Of a stretch of DNA of 64,000 bases, positions 19,747-29,182 are shown piece after piece (positions within the stretch are counted from its first letter, which is position 1; the number at the start of each line of letters is the position of its first letter). The stretch comes from a virus (lineage: Duplodnaviria; Caudoviricetes). The notes below the pieces were generated by a model. The model ran no database searches. It was not told the DNA's origin and worked only from the letters and a program-made list of their open reading frames with translations. Made by a program: the position numbers and the translations under genes. The stretch lies in IMG/VR virus record IMGVR_UViG_2871760914_000003, positions 3,131 to 67,130 of that record; one strand, written 5' to 3'.

Positions 19747-20770
19747 AATTCAAGTGATTCTGAATCGATAGGCCAATAATACGACCTAGTTCAACCGGAA
19801 CAGCGTTCCCTATCATTCTACCAATATTCCTCATCACAAAATCCGCTTCATCTTCAACAAAAGAATAATCCACAGGGAATGTTTGTAACAAGGCGGCCTC
19901 TCTTAGCGAGATCGCTCGGTGCTGTTCAGGATGTCCAAATCGGCCATTCCCAAAACCATAACAAAGCGTTGTAATTGTAGGACTAGGCTTGTCCCAAGAC
20001 ATGCGACCATAAACACTCGCATAACCTTTCCCGCTAGATTTCAAATGACAAGCGGCAACCAACTCTTCAGGCCAATCCTTCCATGTTCCGCCAGGGACAG
20101 AGTGCATAATACGTTGCTTATTAATTGGACTTAATTTGCTCGCCCTATGTAAAACATCATGTGGATCTGCTCCACCTGATTCTAAAGGAGGCAAAGTTCC
20201 AATGGCATCTTTAACAGTTTTATAAACAAAATCATCGCGTTTTACTAACTCAATACTTCCAAGTTTGGACGCCAATAATACGTGCCGGGAACGACTCTGC
20301 GGAATACCATATTCAACACAATCAACCCTAGAAGCCCATACTTTATAACCTAAACTTACTAATGAATTATAAAAGTCATCGTAAACTTTATGTTTTGTAA
20401 CATCAGGAACATTCTCCATTGTTACAACTTCTGGCGAAACTTCGCGAATTAATCTTTCAAATTCATAGAGTAAAGGCCATTTTTTATCTTGCGCTTTATC
20501 TTTACCTTGAGTGTATTTAGAGAACGGTTGACAAGGTGCACAGCCTGCCAATACTTTGATGGAAGCATCGCCATAAAGCTCAAGGAGCTCCTCTTTTGTG
20601 ACCTTGACTATGTCTTTTTCAATGAATGTTGATTTATTGTTCTTCTCATATGGGAATCGACACTCTCCCTCAAGATCAATACCAGCAACAACATCAAGAC
20701 CTGCAAGTTGCAAGCCATGAGTCAAACCACCAGCACCACAAAAAAGGTCTATCACCTTAACAGTCATCAT
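19745..20770 (-). CDS. DNA cytosine-5 methyltransferase
   Basis: DLFCGAGG (motif I), GCAPCQPFS (IV), MENVP (VI), QSRSR (VIII), ISLREAALLQTFP, IGNAVP (X). Confidence 0.95.
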   Translation of the reverse strand: MMTVKVIDLFCGAGGLTHGLQLAGLDVVAGIDLEGECRFPYEKNNKSTFIEKDIVKVTKEELLELYGDASIKVLAGCAPCQPFSKYTQGKDKAQDKKWPLLYEFERLIREVSPEVVTMENVPDVTKHKVYDDFYNSLVSLGYKVWASRVDCVEYGIPQSRSRHVLLASKLGSIELVKRDDFVYKTVKDAIGTLPPLESGGADPHDVLHRASKLSPINKQRIMHSVPGGTWKDWPEELVAACHLKSSGKGYASVYGRMSWDKPSPTITTLCYGFGNGRFGHPEQHRAISLREAALLQTFPVDYSFVEDEADFVMRNIGRMIGNAVPVELGRIIGLSIQNHLN

Positions 20771-20877
20771 ACACTCCAAATCTAAACTGCAATCAGTATA
20801 CAGCCCTTTCCAAAAAATCTCGAGGCCTTAGACCAAATTAGCTGTACAGCAACTTAAACATTAACCAAAACAGCCCC

Positions 20878-21111
20878 TTAGTTCAGCCAGCTGTCGTCTT
20901 CCCAGACGGCTTGTAAAATTTCCATCACGCTTTTTTTATCTTCATCCAGCTTTAAACCTGACAGCTCGACGCCGTTCGCACTGCCTTTGCGGATTCGGAT
21001 AGCTATTTTTGGATATTGAGGCTGCAAATTTTTTATGATTTCTGATCCAAGCGCCTCAATAGTTTCCTGGCTAACCTTTTGCTGTTTGTCGATCATTATT
21101 TCAATACGCAT
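20878..21111 (-). CDS. DinI-like protein (186 Orf97/TumB-like)
   Basis: MRIEIMIDK...IRIRKGSANGVELSG...LQAVWEDDSW; downstream of tum. Confidence 0.8.
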   Translation of the reverse strand: MRIEIMIDKQQKVSQETIEALGSEIIKNLQPQYPKIAIRIRKGSANGVELSGLKLDEDKKSVMEILQAVWEDDSWLN

Positions 21112-21125
21112 CCCCTCCCCCTTTC

Positions 21126-21314
21126 TTACTCTGAAACTTCAATTGAACGGGCGTATTCGTGACTCCTGACCTTTTTCATTAACTCGTCGGTCAGCTCAGA
21201 CACCCACTGGATCGCCAAGCTCTTTTCATCTTCACCGCAATCACTTGATGCAACCAATTTAAGAAAAAAATCAATACGTTGCAATTTCAAAGACTCAAAA
21301 AAATAATCCTGCAT
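21126..21314 (-). CDS. Tum-like SOS antirepressor
   Basis: MQDYFFESLKLQRIDFFLKLVASSDC...AIQWVSELTD; directly after a LexA box and A. Confidence 0.75.
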   Translation of the reverse strand: MQDYFFESLKLQRIDFFLKLVASSDCGEDEKSLAIQWVSELTDELMKKVRSHEYARSIEVSE

Positions 21315-21335
21315 AACATTTACCCCTTCAAACAA

Positions 21336-21351
21336 CTGTACATAAACACAG
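21336..21351. promoter_or_regulatory. LexA box
   Basis: CTGTACATAAACACAG (CTG-N10-CAG) 22 nt upstream of the tum-like start. Confidence 0.88.
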
Positions 21352-21396
21352 TATATTAGGAGAATCCGAAAGTGAAATGTTTTTTTACTTTTAGCC

Positions 21397-23700
21397 TTAC
21401 TTTTTGTGCGCTTCGCTTTCCGCTTTATGTAAATTGGCCGCCTTAGCCCTTTCAGCAAGGCTGTTGAAACGGCTAAGTATTTCGTCTTTGCGTGAATTGT
21501 CATCTTTGCTACTGAATGGCCGCACTAAGTCGCCGTAACAGGTGCTGCGGAACATTTTCCCTGCGATTTCTGTCTGTGTGCCACCTATCAGGCGCACGGC
21601 CAGACCGCGACTGATGATTTCGCCGCTTAAATCTCTGACCTGGCCGATCACGTTGTCGCAAGCTGTCTCAATTTTGTCTGGCCGCCGCAGCACTAAGTGT
21701 TTTTTATTTGGTTTTTCCCCCCTCAGTCGGGCCAGCAGCCGTCGCCGTTCTTTACGGCTCATCCCTTTAAGGTCGATCTCTTCCACACTTTCCGGCGGGG
21801 TTGAATCCTCAGATCTCAAACGCCCCGTACAGTTATTGACAGAACTCCGAGAGGGCGCGGGCGCGCCCTGAAGGTCAAAACCAAAATCAACGGCACGTTT
21901 CGGAACAATCTTCCACTGTGCCAGACGGGTTAAAATCGGAGTATCTGCGCCAACCTCAGTTGCGTAGACGCCCTTAATACGCACGGTTTCCTCACCGTAT
22001 TCATTCAGCTCATCGCCCGGCTGATACCAGGTGCGCACGGCCAGCTCATCACGACGCACGAACGGGCCGCCCTGCGCGTTGACGTATGCCGCCCAGTCGC
22101 CCACGTCGGCCGCGTCATGCGCAGCGGCAAACTCCACACTCAGGCCGTGGGCGGTTTCGGTGTCATCCATGCGGCGCAGCTCGCGGTAAACCGTGACCGG
22201 CGCACCTCCTACAAACTGAAACTGTCGGATATGCCAGCGTGCCGCCCAGGCAGAAACGGCGGGCGCGGTTTCCTTAAGCTCTTTACCGCTTTCGTCGTCC
22301 AGCTCGCCATCCAGCGCGTAGCCGTCGATATTCTTAGAGATATATTTAGCCACGTAACCCGTAGCGCTGCCTTTTTCCGGATCGATGGCCTCCGCATGAA
22401 AACGCGCTTTACGGGCTTTATCCGTGGTCAGCTCGTTGCTGTCCTGCTGAAAGGCATAGTCACGGATTGTCTGGCGCACCTGATCCGCATCTTCGGGACG
22501 CATAAACATCAGCATGTGCCAGTGTGGCGTTGCGTCGTGGTGAGGTTCGGCAACGCGAATGCCAAAGATTCGAATGTCATCACGGTGCAGCTTTGCGCGG
22601 ATGCGCTGCCAGACGCTGCAAAGGTAACGCTGCGTGTCTGCGGGGCTGGCACCATTCCATTTGCGGTTACGATGGCCGGTTTTGATTGTGGCGTGATAGC
22701 TTGACGGCGCGGTCAGCGTGTAAAACTCGCCGACATAGCCCAGATCATTACAGATATTTTCAAAGCCGCGAATGCGGGTCATCAGCTCACAGCGACGGAT
22801 TGCCGGATTTGCCACACTGCCGTCGTATTTCTCAATCAGGCTTATGCGGTTGCCTTCCTCGTCTTCCAGTTCCATGCCTTTTAAGAACTCACGGGTACGG
22901 CGTTTCTGCTCCCGCCATTCTGAAACCGTCATTCTGCTGGCGTAAGGCGTGTGTTTTTTGCTTACGTTAGCCAGGGCAATCTGCAGGTGTTCACGCCATG
23001 ACGCAGCCACGCGGCGCAGTCTCCCCGTCCACCATTTTTCTGTCTGCATACGCAGCACGGCGGGTGTAACTTCTTCGGGATCAAAGAAACGGGACGTCAC
23101 CTTATCCCACAGTGGCGGCGTCTGATTAAATTCACGGGTGATAGCCGCCGCTGTCATGTAGACGCGGTGCGTGTATTTATAATCTGACTCATCAGCTGCC
23201 TGCGCGTGTGCCTGTACCAGCTCGGCCAGAATGAAACTGGCAATATCACCGGCCAGCAAATCCACATCGGCACGCGACATATCGGCCAGGCGGTTAAAAC
23301 GCTTCATCAGTTCCCACAGCTGGCCTCCGGCAAGCGCTGCGCCATTCTCTTTCGGGGCGTTCTGCGCCAGCAGGTTAAAGGTGCTGGCGTCCATAGTCTT
23401 AACCCGATACTGCTCGTTAACGCATTCAACACGCGGCAATGTGCGCTCAACGAAGGTTTTCGTTAAGTACGCATTGGCGCGGGCAATGCCCTGTGATTTT
23501 TCCAGCTCGTTGACGCGACGTTTGACGTCGATTTGAATCAACGTTGGCTGCTGCTCTAGCAGCTCCTGCGCACGCACTAAAGCCGCAATCATCTGACTGC
23601 GGCTGTGCATTTCCTCATAAGTGGGATAAGGGCTTGAAATCGCCCGGCGGGGCTTGTTCCACTCATACGCCCACTCGCTAACCTTATCCTGATGGCTCAT
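21397..23700 (-). CDS. A: Rolling-circle replication initiator gpA
   Basis: HUH region EPHHDATPHWH, catalytic tyrosines YVAKYISKN, 767 aa. Confidence 0.96.
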   Translation of the reverse strand: MSHQDKVSEWAYEWNKPRRAISSPYPTYEEMHSRSQMIAALVRAQELLEQQPTLIQIDVKRRVNELEKSQGIARANAYLTKTFVERTLPRVECVNEQYRVKTMDASTFNLLAQNAPKENGAALAGGQLWELMKRFNRLADMSRADVDLLAGDIASFILAELVQAHAQAADESDYKYTHRVYMTAAAITREFNQTPPLWDKVTSRFFDPEEVTPAVLRMQTEKWWTGRLRRVAASWREHLQIALANVSKKHTPYASRMTVSEWREQKRRTREFLKGMELEDEEGNRISLIEKYDGSVANPAIRRCELMTRIRGFENICNDLGYVGEFYTLTAPSSYHATIKTGHRNRKWNGASPADTQRYLCSVWQRIRAKLHRDDIRIFGIRVAEPHHDATPHWHMLMFMRPEDADQVRQTIRDYAFQQDSNELTTDKARKARFHAEAIDPEKGSATGYVAKYISKNIDGYALDGELDDESGKELKETAPAVSAWAARWHIRQFQFVGGAPVTVYRELRRMDDTETAHGLSVEFAAAHDAADVGDWAAYVNAQGGPFVRRDELAVRTWYQPGDELNEYGEETVRIKGVYATEVGADTPILTRLAQWKIVPKRAVDFGFDLQGAPAPSRSSVNNCTGRLRSEDSTPPESVEEIDLKGMSRKERRRLLARLRGEKPNKKHLVLRRPDKIETACDNVIGQVRDLSGEIISRGLAVRLIGGTQTEIAGKMFRSTCYGDLVRPFSSKDDNSRKDEILSRFNSLAERAKAANLHKAESEAHKK
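21827..21858 (-). other. gpA origin/nick site within A (prophage 1)
   Basis: Minus strand GCGCCCTCTCG^GAGTTCTGTCAATAACTGTAC vs P2 ori GCGCCTCG^GAGTCCTGTCAATAACTGT. Confidence 0.85.
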
Positions 23701-24449
23701 ACTTCAAAAGCCAGTTGCGGCGTAAATAAATCCTTTTCCGCATCGTAGTTAAGGGAGCTGGCGCTGTTCACTGACTCAATGCGCTCTACAAGTACAGAGG
23801 CCCTTGTTTCTTTACTGGCAGGCGCATATGGGCTTTTATTCCAGTATTTATCTATGCCGATATTGCGCGCCACGTTTGTACTGTCAGCAGATGAGAGTGG
23901 GATACGTTTAAACAGGTCTTTGTTGAGCATACGCAGACCGTGCAACTTCGTTATCGGGTAGCCGTTTTCGTCAACAACATGGCGAATGAGATCACGGAGT
24001 CGCGCGGCACAGTCTTTCGGCCTGCGGGCGTCATACTCACCCATCGTACCAATAGCAACCCTTGGATATTCATGGCAGAGGCGGATAAAACGATCATCTG
24101 GTTCGTTCATGTGCCAGACCGGAACGCCCGTGACTTTGCCATGAGGCCATTCGGCTATAAGCGCGTCGTTCTCTGCGCTGTTTCCTCCAATTACGTCGGG
24201 AATAATGGCAAATGAAAACCGTGGATGATTCGCCCAACGAGAAACGAAGTCATAATATTGACTCCAACTCACTACACGCTTTTTTGTCCAGAAGCTGAAT
24301 GCGCCATTATCAAGTGCAAAGCTTTGGCAGATCTCGCTGGCTAGCGGTAACTGTCCAGGGTTAGCAAAGCTGATAAAAGCATGGCGTGATTTCCATGCTT
24401 TCAGGGCGCACGTATCAGGCGTTATTGGCCCGCCGTGGAAATGAATCAT
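23697..24449 (-). CDS. tRNA-guanine transglycosylase (TGT)/DpdA-like protein
   Basis: Motifs FALDNGAFS, IIPDVIGG, VPVWH, KLHGLRM and SSADSTN resemble the TGT/DpdA TIM barrel; translationally coupled to dam and A. Confidence 0.6.
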   Translation of the reverse strand: MIHFHGGPITPDTCALKAWKSRHAFISFANPGQLPLASEICQSFALDNGAFSFWTKKRVVSWSQYYDFVSRWANHPRFSFAIIPDVIGGNSAENDALIAEWPHGKVTGVPVWHMNEPDDRFIRLCHEYPRVAIGTMGEYDARRPKDCAARLRDLIRHVVDENGYPITKLHGLRMLNKDLFKRIPLSSADSTNVARNIGIDKYWNKSPYAPASKETRASVLVERIESVNSASSLNYDAEKDLFTPQLAFEV

Positions 24450-25279
24450 GCCATCACCTCACCAGCTGCAGGATCGAAACCAATCCAGAAAGCAGGACGG
24501 CGAACCGCGATAATTTCTGCTGCGCTTTTCCCGTCACCGGCAGCCACACCAACCGCGCGGGCAGCTCTTACACTCGTTAGCTCGTAGGCATTAAAAAGCG
24601 CGCGTGTAAAGTCGGTATCGCTGTTTGAAGCGATGACCGGGCAGCGCTCTGACACGCTGGTTAACATGCTGGCTAAGTCCTGCTGCGCGCCCTTATCAAA
24701 TCCGCCTGCGTGGTAGTCGCTAAACGTACCGTCATAAGGCGGATCGCAGTAAACGACGTCGCCGGTCTGAATCATGCGGAGTGTTTCGCGGAAATCGGCG
24801 CAGATAAACGTTGCACGGTGGGCTTTGGCTGCGAAAGTTTCGATTTCTTCCAGGGGGAAATAAGGTTCAGAATAGTTTCCGTAGGGGATGTTAAATTCAC
24901 TCTTGCGGTTGTAACGGCAAATGCCACGGTAGCCGTGGCGGTTCAGGTAAAGGAAATGTGCGGCTCGCTCAAGCAGCGGCAGGGCGGGGTCATGATTAAA
25001 CGCCTCACGAACTCGGTAATAATCCTCTGCCGTTTTGTTTTGTGAATAAAGACTCAGTGCCACCACAATAAAGGGGCGGGTGTGGTCTTTAATCTGGCGA
25101 TAAAGATTAATCAGGTCAGGATTAACATCAGCCACTAAATAAGCCGGGTAATCCGTCGCCATCATGACCGCGCAGGAACCGGCAAACGGCTCAACGAGAC
25201 GCAGCCCCTGCGGCAGATGATTAAGCAGCTCAGGCATGAGGCGGGTTTTGTTGCCCGCCCATTTGAGGATCGTACTCAT
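24446..25279 (-). CDS. dam: DNA adenine methyltransferase
   Basis: LKWAGNK, LVEPFAGS, YCDPPY. Confidence 0.95.
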   Translation of the reverse strand: MSTILKWAGNKTRLMPELLNHLPQGLRLVEPFAGSCAVMMATDYPAYLVADVNPDLINLYRQIKDHTRPFIVVALSLYSQNKTAEDYYRVREAFNHDPALPLLERAAHFLYLNRHGYRGICRYNRKSEFNIPYGNYSEPYFPLEEIETFAAKAHRATFICADFRETLRMIQTGDVVYCDPPYDGTFSDYHAGGFDKGAQQDLASMLTSVSERCPVIASNSDTDFTRALFNAYELTSVRAARAVGVAAGDGKSAAEIIAVRRPAFWIGFDPAAGEVMA

Positions 25280-25503
25280 ACGGCACCGCCTTTGTAATGG
25301 GCGCTTTTCAGCTCGATAATTTCCTGACAGGTTACGCAGTGAGTAACGCCCTGCACGGCGCGGCGACGGGCAACCGGTATCGCCTCATCGCAGGCCAGGC
25401 AAAAGAACTCACCAGCCCCGGCGGGCTGGCGACGTGCGTTAGCGAGATTGCGCTGCAGTTCTTCCTCAACGCGCGCCTGGACTAAATCCATTGAATCGGC
25501 CAT
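25276..25503 (-). CDS. DksA/TraR C4 zinc-finger protein
   Basis: CLAC...IPVARR...HCVTCQ. Confidence 0.9.
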   Translation of the reverse strand: MADSMDLVQARVEEELQRNLANARRQPAGAGEFFCLACDEAIPVARRRAVQGVTHCVTCQEIIELKSAHYKGGAV

Positions 25504-25730
25504 TAGTGCAGCTCCCGCGCCTGATGCTCAAAACGCTCTGCCTCTTTATCCAGCAGCTCAATGATTTCCGGTGCGGTCATTTCGTGCTTGCGGGCATGAA
25601 TAATAAGCTTGGCAATACGGACTGACACGGCCAGCGCATCATCGCTGCGCTGTTCTGTTTTGGCCTTGCTCAGCAGTGCATTTAGCGCGTCTGCGTCGGC
25701 TTCAAAATTACGGGTTTCGGTATTTCTCAT
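25503..25730 (-). CDS. DUF2732-like P2 early protein
   Basis: LNALLSKAKTEQR...EIIELLDKEAERFE. Confidence 0.8.
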   Translation of the reverse strand: MRNTETRNFEADADALNALLSKAKTEQRSDDALAVSVRIAKLIIHARKHEMTAPEIIELLDKEAERFEHQARELH

Positions 25731-25800
25731 TTTTTAAATCTCCAGATTCAGGTCAAAGGAATGCCCGGCGGGTTTACGCCATTAATTTTTTGAGTCTTAT

Positions 25801-26184
25801 TTACTCAGGTAAAAAACAGTCTGCGGTAGAAAACTGTCGGGGTAATATCTTTCCCCAGCGCGCCATTTTGTTCATCGCCATGATGATTAGTTCGCGGCGG
25901 TATTCGTCGAAATATTCAAACGGCTTTCCAATTTCCTCCTGTGAAAATGTTTTGGGATTTTCGCGGTTAGCCAGGGTTAACACGCAAAATTTAAACTCGT
26001 CATTCTGATGGTTGAAATAGCGCAGTGACGGGTTTGCGTTATTGTCGCGCTGCTGCCGCCAGCTTTTCCGAAACTCATCAAACGACATTTTGTTAACAGC
26101 ATCAGCACGATTGCCCGTTGAATGAGTTTTGGCAAAAGATGCCGGGCCTTGCTGTGCGGTTGTGTTACCTGTTACTCGCTGCAT
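25801..26184 (-). CDS. DUF5347-like early protein
   Basis: NPSLRYFN...FKFCVLTLANRE...FSTADCFLPE; homologues at 36161 and 62623. Confidence 0.78.
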   Translation of the reverse strand: MQRVTGNTTAQQGPASFAKTHSTGNRADAVNKMSFDEFRKSWRQQRDNNANPSLRYFNHQNDEFKFCVLTLANRENPKTFSQEEIGKPFEYFDEYRRELIIMAMNKMARWGKILPRQFSTADCFLPE

Positions 26185-26185
26185 G

Positions 26186-26365
26186 TTACCCCCTGAATAA
26201 ATGCGCCATGAAACCGGCGGGTTTGCGTTTGCTGGTCAGCCCCTGCAGCAGTTGCTTTTGGCTGTTGCACGGATGCCATGGTTTGCCGTTCTCACCCATG
26301 ATCCAGCCGTTGCCGTAGGCTACTGACGGGCTTTGACGCTTAAGACGTGATGCCAGTGAAATCAT
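26186..26365 (-). CDS. Fil-like cell-division inhibitor
   Basis: Read manually: MISLASRLKRQSPSVAYGNGWIMGENGKPWHPC (59 aa), 186 Fil/DUF2724-type pattern; absent from ORF track. Confidence 0.75.
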   Translation of the reverse strand: MISLASRLKRQSPSVAYGNGWIMGENGKPWHPCNSQKQLLQGLTSKRKPAGFMAHLFRG

Positions 26366-26375
26366 TATCAGTCCC

Positions 26376-26885
26376 TCAGCTCAGGCCAATGGATGCGCCG
26401 AGGCCGCTGATCGCGTCTACGGTTGATGCCATAGTGGGATTGGAATGAATGCGGGCCTGTACAGCGATTGCCGCAAGAGTCAGACAGCGAATGCCAGTGT
26501 TGACGCTCTGCAAAAGGCTGCGGCGGCAGGAAGTACTCAACGCATCCTGATTCATTGCGCCGGCTGCCAGTTGCCCTACTTCTGCTGTTGCCTTCAACAC
26601 ATAGGCTGATAGCTTTTCTTCGGCGTGTTCGTTCATCGGTACACAAGGCAAACAATGTAGTTGAGCGAGTGCGCCATCCATTAAAATTGAATCTTCGGTA
26701 AGGTCAGTAAGTGAGAGCATTTCCTTAACGGTCAGTTCGTGCGGCTGCTCAGGGTTCAACTTGTTGCGCAGGGTCTGCGCGTTCATGCCCGCTGAAAGTG
26801 CCAGCTCTTTCATATTGTGAGACAGGGCAAACCGTCGGCAGGCCTCGTCAAAATGGTTATGTGTGGAAACGCGAAAATCAAACAT
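26376..26885 (-). CDS. cII: CII lysogeny establishment activator
   Basis: MFDFRVSTHNHFDEACRRFA...TLRNKLNPEQPHELT, 186 CII family. Confidence 0.92.
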   Translation of the reverse strand: MFDFRVSTHNHFDEACRRFALSHNMKELALSAGMNAQTLRNKLNPEQPHELTVKEMLSLTDLTEDSILMDGALAQLHCLPCVPMNEHAEEKLSAYVLKATAEVGQLAAGAMNQDALSTSCRRSLLQSVNTGIRCLTLAAIAVQARIHSNPTMASTVDAISGLGASIGLS

Positions 26886-26915
26886 GTGGATTTCTCCAAA
26901 TTCACATACTGTGAA

Positions 26916-27179
26916 TTAAGCGCCGATGATGAGTTGAAAACGGGAATGTCCCAGCGATTTACGTAACTGCTCTTCTTTCCAGCGTGCGTAGTAGATTCGA
27001 ACGGGGCCGCCAGCTTTTTTACATCCTTTACGGATTTTGCGCGGTTCAATTGGTACACAAGGATTTTCGCCGGTAGTCCAGCGATAGGCGGTACGCTCAG
27101 ATACCCCTTCCAACTCTGCGAACTGCTGCAGAGATACCATAGGGGCTGGTATTTTGAAGATTGCGATCTCAGAAGCCAT
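26916..27179 (-). CDS. apl: Apl/Cox excisionase-repressor
   Basis: IPAPMVSLQQFAELEGVSERTAYRW...RIYYARWKEEQ, 186 Apl-like. Confidence 0.88.
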   Translation of the reverse strand: MASEIAIFKIPAPMVSLQQFAELEGVSERTAYRWTTGENPCVPIEPRKIRKGCKKAGGPVRIYYARWKEEQLRKSLGHSRFQLIIGA

Positions 27180-27196
27180 GTTGCATCATTCCCTAT

Positions 27197-27253
27197 TTGC
27201 CAATATTTGCCATCTGGTTGCCAACGTTTGCCAACGTTTGCCACTAATTGCCA
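27197..27253. repeat. Six TTGCCA direct repeats at 10-11 bp period (Apl sites at pR/pL)
   Basis: TTGCCA at 27197, 27207, 27218, 27228, 27238, 27248 between divergent apl and cI. Confidence 0.85.
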
Positions 27254-27309
27254 ACACAGTTGTGTACATTACTCAACAAATGGGTACTGGTCAACACGGA
27301 ATACACTAA

Positions 27310-27891
27310 ATGAAAATCAAAGAATACACTTTCGAAGCCACCGAGATTCTTGACCGTGTATGCGAAACATACGGATTTCACCAAAAAGCCCAGCTCGCGG
27401 AGTATTTCAAAATTTCGCCTAGTTCCTTATCAAACAGATACATGCGTGGAACTATTTCATATGACTTTGCAGCTATCTGCGCCTTAGAAACCGGTGCAAA
27501 TTTGCAATGGCTTCTTTTGGGTGAGGGTGAAAAATTCTCAACAGAACAACCTAAAAGTGAAGATAAAACTTTCGACTTATTCACTCTTAGTGAAAACCGC
27601 TTATCTGAAAAGTCACAATTACGGATTAGCGTAGGTTTCTTCGCGAAACAGCCTAGCAATGGCTTTGCGGTTAGGTTTTCTGGTGACCTGTATTTCATTG
27701 ATAAGGATGCAAAAATTTCTGACGGCTCATGGCTTATAGGTATTGATGACTCAATAAGTATCAGAAAGCTTACAAAGCTTCCCGGAAATAAAATCCATGT
27801 TTCTGGTGGCGCAGTTGATTTCGAATGCACGCCAGACGACCTGGAGATAATGGGCCGTGTCGTTGGGATCTATAGCGAGATGGATCAGTGA
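27310..27891 (+). CDS. cI: CI immunity repressor (186-type)
   Basis: HTH AQLAEYFKISPSSLSNRYMRG; NLQWLLLGEG; C-terminal 186 CI assembly domain. Confidence 0.92.
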   Translation: MKIKEYTFEATEILDRVCETYGFHQKAQLAEYFKISPSSLSNRYMRGTISYDFAAICALETGANLQWLLLGEGEKFSTEQPKSEDKTFDLFTLSENRLSEKSQLRISVGFFAKQPSNGFAVRFSGDLYFIDKDAKISDGSWLIGIDDSISIRKLTKLPGNKIHVSGGAVDFECTPDDLEIMGRVVGIYSEMDQ

Positions 27892-28904
27892 CAGTACGTA
27901 AAAACCCTGCCGGTGGATGGATATGTGAACTTTACCCCAACGGGGCTAAGGGCAAACGCATCAGGAAAAAATTCGCTTCAAAAGGTGAGGCTCTAGCTTT
28001 TGAACAATACACCGTACAAAACCCGTGGCAGGAAGAGCAGGAAGACAGGCGAACTTTAAAAGAGTTAGTTGACGCATGGTTCAGCGCTCATGGAATTACT
28101 TTAAAGGACGGCTTAAAGCGCCAATTGGCAATGCACCATGCATTTGATTGTATGGGCGAGCCTTTAGCGCGCGATTTTGATGCACAAATGTTTTCACGCT
28201 ATAGAGAAAGGCGTCTTAAAGGTCAGTTTGCTCGATCCAACAGGGTTAAGGAAGTTTCACCCCGTACACTCAATCTCGAATTAGCTTATTTTCGTGCGAT
28301 GTTCAACGAGCTGAATCGCCTTGGGGAATGGACCGGAGAAAACCCCTTAAAAAATATGCGCCCTTTCCGAACTACTGAAATGGAAATGGCCTGGCTGACT
28401 CATGATCAAATTTCGCTACTATTGGATGAGTGCAATCGCCATGAACATCCAGATTTAGAAAAAGTGGTCAGGATTTGCCTATCTACTGGCGCACGATGGT
28501 CTGAGGCTGAGAGCCTAAAAAAAAGCCAGATAAACAAATATAAAATAACTTATATCAATACTAAGGGTCGAAAAAATCGCACTGTTCCAATCAGCGTGGA
28601 ACTCTATGAAGCGCTCCCAGATGTTAAAAGTGGCCGACTCTTTAGTGAATGCTATGGCGCTTTCCGTTCCGCGATGGAAAGAACCGGAATTGAATTGCCA
28701 GCAGGCCAGTTAACTCATGTTTTGCGCCATACCTTTGCAAGTCACTTTATGATGAACGGCGGAAATATTTTAGTTTTGCAGCGCGTGCTTGGTCACACCG
28801 ACATTAAAATGACAATGCGTTACGCGCATTTTGCGCCCGAACATTTAGAGGATGCTGTAAAACTTAATCCACTGGCGGTAAGTGGCGATAAAGTGGCGAT
28901 GTAA
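27888..28904 (+). CDS. int: Phage tyrosine integrase (186/HP1-like)
   Basis: STGARWSE, HVLRHTFASHFMMNGG, LGHTDIKMTMRYAH. Confidence 0.97.
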   Translation: MTVRKNPAGGWICELYPNGAKGKRIRKKFASKGEALAFEQYTVQNPWQEEQEDRRTLKELVDAWFSAHGITLKDGLKRQLAMHHAFDCMGEPLARDFDAQMFSRYRERRLKGQFARSNRVKEVSPRTLNLELAYFRAMFNELNRLGEWTGENPLKNMRPFRTTEMEMAWLTHDQISLLLDECNRHEHPDLEKVVRICLSTGARWSEAESLKKSQINKYKITYINTKGRKNRTVPISVELYEALPDVKSGRLFSECYGAFRSAMERTGIELPAGQLTHVLRHTFASHFMMNGGNILVLQRVLGHTDIKMTMRYAHFAPEHLEDAVKLNPLAVSGDKVAM

Positions 28905-28905
28905 A

Positions 28906-28952
28906 TGGCAAATATTGGCAAGGTTTTGGCAAATAGTGGCAAACTATGTCAA
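28906..28952. repeat. TGGCAA repeats at ~10 bp period in the att arm (Apl sites)
   Basis: TGGCAA at 28906, 28916, 28927, 28937 and TGTCAA at 28947; same hexamer as the pR/pL array, opposite strand. Confidence 0.8.
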
Positions 28953-28996
28953 TGATTAATAAGCTAAAGCATTGATTTACCGTTCTATCTCTAGGA

Positions 28997-29042
28997 ACTC
29001 ATAATCGCTTGGTCGCTGGTTCAAACCCAGCAGGGGCCACCA
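28997..29042 (+). repeat. att core: 3' fragment of tRNA-Ile(CAT)
   Basis: ACTCATAATCGCTTGGTCGCTGGTTCAAACCCAGCAGGGGCCACCA; anticodon loop, T arm and CCA present, 5' half absent. Confidence 0.93.
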
Positions 29043-29089
29043 AATTTATCAATAAGTTAGCATCAACTCTGCGCCACTCCAAAATATTC

Positions 29090-29108
29090 GGGGATACCTC
29101 GGGGATAC
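29090..29108 (+). repeat. Integrase arm-type repeats GGGGATAC x2
   Basis: Same motif recurs at 38918-38955 at the other end of the island. Confidence 0.7.
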
Positions 29109-29182
29109 ACCAAAATACTCACATTCTCGCTTGGCCCCTGCTTTCTATATGAATCTTGGCAGTCGATGACCGTTAAAAAAAT

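Larger units (their letters stand above)
1..29042. mobile_element. P2-family (186/PSP3-like) prophage, left part beyond window
   Basis: Complete P2 gene order T-E-FII-FI-G-H-I-J-W-V-S-R-lysis-X-L-M-N-O / P-Q-cos-tum-A-dam-cII-apl / cI-int, ending in a tRNA-Ile 3' att fragment. Confidence 0.97.

Noticed and set aside
20787-20803. LexA box upstream of the C5-methyltransferase
   Set aside because: CTG and CAG are separated by 11 nt, not the required 10
28960-29042. Intact tRNA-Ile/Met gene
   Set aside because: Only the 3' 46 nt match; upstream bases do not form the acceptor 5' strand or D arm. Same at 39065. These are att fragments.
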